This document shows positions 37,945 through 38,820 of a stretch of 38,820 nt of DNA, one piece after another. The position numbers and the translations under genes were made by a program. The DNA comes from Promethearchaeota archaeon (GTDB lineage: Archaea; Asgardarchaeota; Lokiarchaeia; Sigyniarchaeales; SOKP01). The stretch covers positions 1-38,820 of the forward strand of contig JBHLNZ010000030.1 in assembly GCA_048941015.1 (NCBI GenBank), given 5' to 3'. A model generated the notes under the pieces. The model was not told where the DNA came from, searched no databases, and worked only from the letters and a program-made list of their open reading frames with translations. Position 1 is the first letter of the stretch. The number at the start of each line of letters is the position of its first letter.

Positions 37945-38820
37945 TTACATCAATTCCTCCGATGTTATTATTCCAATCACCTTTTTATTATCATCAATAA
38001 CAGGTAGTGCTGAAATTTCATTTAATTTCATCTTTCTGGCAGCTAATTCGATTGGTTCATTATCTGTGGTCGTAATTACTTTCTTTGTGATAATTTCTGC
38101 TAACTCCTTTTTATCTTTAGCAATCGCTTTTGTTACATCAAAACTTGTGACAATTCCTTTCAAATAGTTTTCTCGATCTGTAATGATGATATGATTCATA
38201 TTTTCTTCTATGATCTTTTCAGCAACTACTTTTAAGTCACAATCTTCGTAGCAAATGATTGCTTCTCGCTTTAAATCTTTGACAAACTTTAACTCTGATG
38301 TTTGACGCATTGGTTTGAATTTAGTATCTTGCGGTAATCTCTCCGCTGGAGGATTCAACAGAAATCGTCCTTCTTCTATCCATTTTTTCAATTCTTTTGC
38401 AATCTTTCGAGCAAAAAATAGTGATGATAATGAAGAACATTTAATTTTTTTACCATCTAAATCAATCATTCCCTCTTTTAATTCTTTATAGTTCACACTT
38501 CTTAAAACAGGTCTATCTCTTCTTGGAACACCATAATCTATAACTTCAGTGAAAATATTTTTATCTTTAATTGCTGTCTTTTCTGCTAATCCGTCATTTA
38601 AAATTGGAATTGGAATACCTACTCCAACAAACATTGATGTTCCATATTTTTCATAAGTTACCCCTCGTAAGTATTCTTGGTTCATTTGCTTTAGATCCCC
38701 TTTAAGGAAAAGAGATCCAAATCTATTCTCCGGACTATGCTGAGTACCTTCTCCCATTACATAACCTATTCCTCCTCCAAGAAAGATTCTCGTTCCAATT
38801 CCTATTGTTTCATAATTAGG
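37945..38820 (-). CDS. DUF39-CBS homocysteine biosynthesis protein (L-aspartate semialdehyde sulfurtransferase, MA1821/MJ0100-like), 5' partial
   Basis: Frame is open to the window end (PNYETIGIGTRIFLGGGIGYVMGEGTQH); GDLKQM, YGTSMFVGVGIPIPILN; C-terminal CBS pair. Confidence 0.9.
   Translation of the reverse strand, partial: PNYETIGIGTRIFLGGGIGYVMGEGTQHSPENRFGSLFLKGDLKQMNQEYLRGVTYEKYGTSMFVGVGIPIPILNDGLAEKTAIKDKNIFTEVIDYGVPRRDRPVLRSVNYKELKEGMIDLDGKKIKCSSLSSLFFARKIAKELKKWIEEGRFLLNPPAERLPQDTKFKPMRQTSELKFVKDLKREAIICYEDCDLKVVAEKIIEENMNHIIITDRENYLKGIVTSFDVTKAIAKDKKELAEIITKKVITTTDNEPIELAARKMKLNEISALPVIDDNKKVIGIITSEELM

Noticed and set aside
33860-38167. Antisense ORFs 33860-34075 and 37922-38167
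   Set aside because: They lie opposite the 7TM and CBS-domain genes; no independent support.

Overview
A very AT-rich, gene-dense archaeal chromosomal window. Its gene content points to an Asgard archaeon, most likely Lokiarchaeia/Promethearchaeota (inference): a tandem Roadblock protein, an MglA-type GTPase, a uDENN/longin-like protein, eukaryote-type MPN+/JAMM proteins, a SIR2-TPR protein and an IPG-type C-terminal sorting signal. It runs from a 5'-truncated CopA-type Cu ATPase to a 5'-truncated DUF39-CBS homocysteine-biosynthesis gene, with about 33 CDS. I found no rRNA, tRNA, CRISPR array or mobile element. The best candidate for an undescribed system is a cluster of three catalytically intact Rpn11/CSN5-like JAMM isopeptidases (9413-14344). 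Two carry long paralogous coiled-coil tails. The cluster sits with a double-zinc-ribbon protein, a ~10-TM tandem winged-helix protein and an AAA+-VWA ATPase, with no ubiquitin, E1/E2 or proteasome genes in view. Other highlights: (i) a perfect Shine-Dalgarno plus in-frame GTG inside copA that could make a free Cys/His metal-binding domain, followed by a stand-alone paralog of that domain; (ii) a SIR2 NADase fused to 25 indel-free 40-aa TPRs; (iii) an NPRL2/uDENN-like gene, a 7TM gene and an MglA-like GTPase lacking its arginine finger, side by side. All family calls come from motif recognition by eye; no database searches were run.
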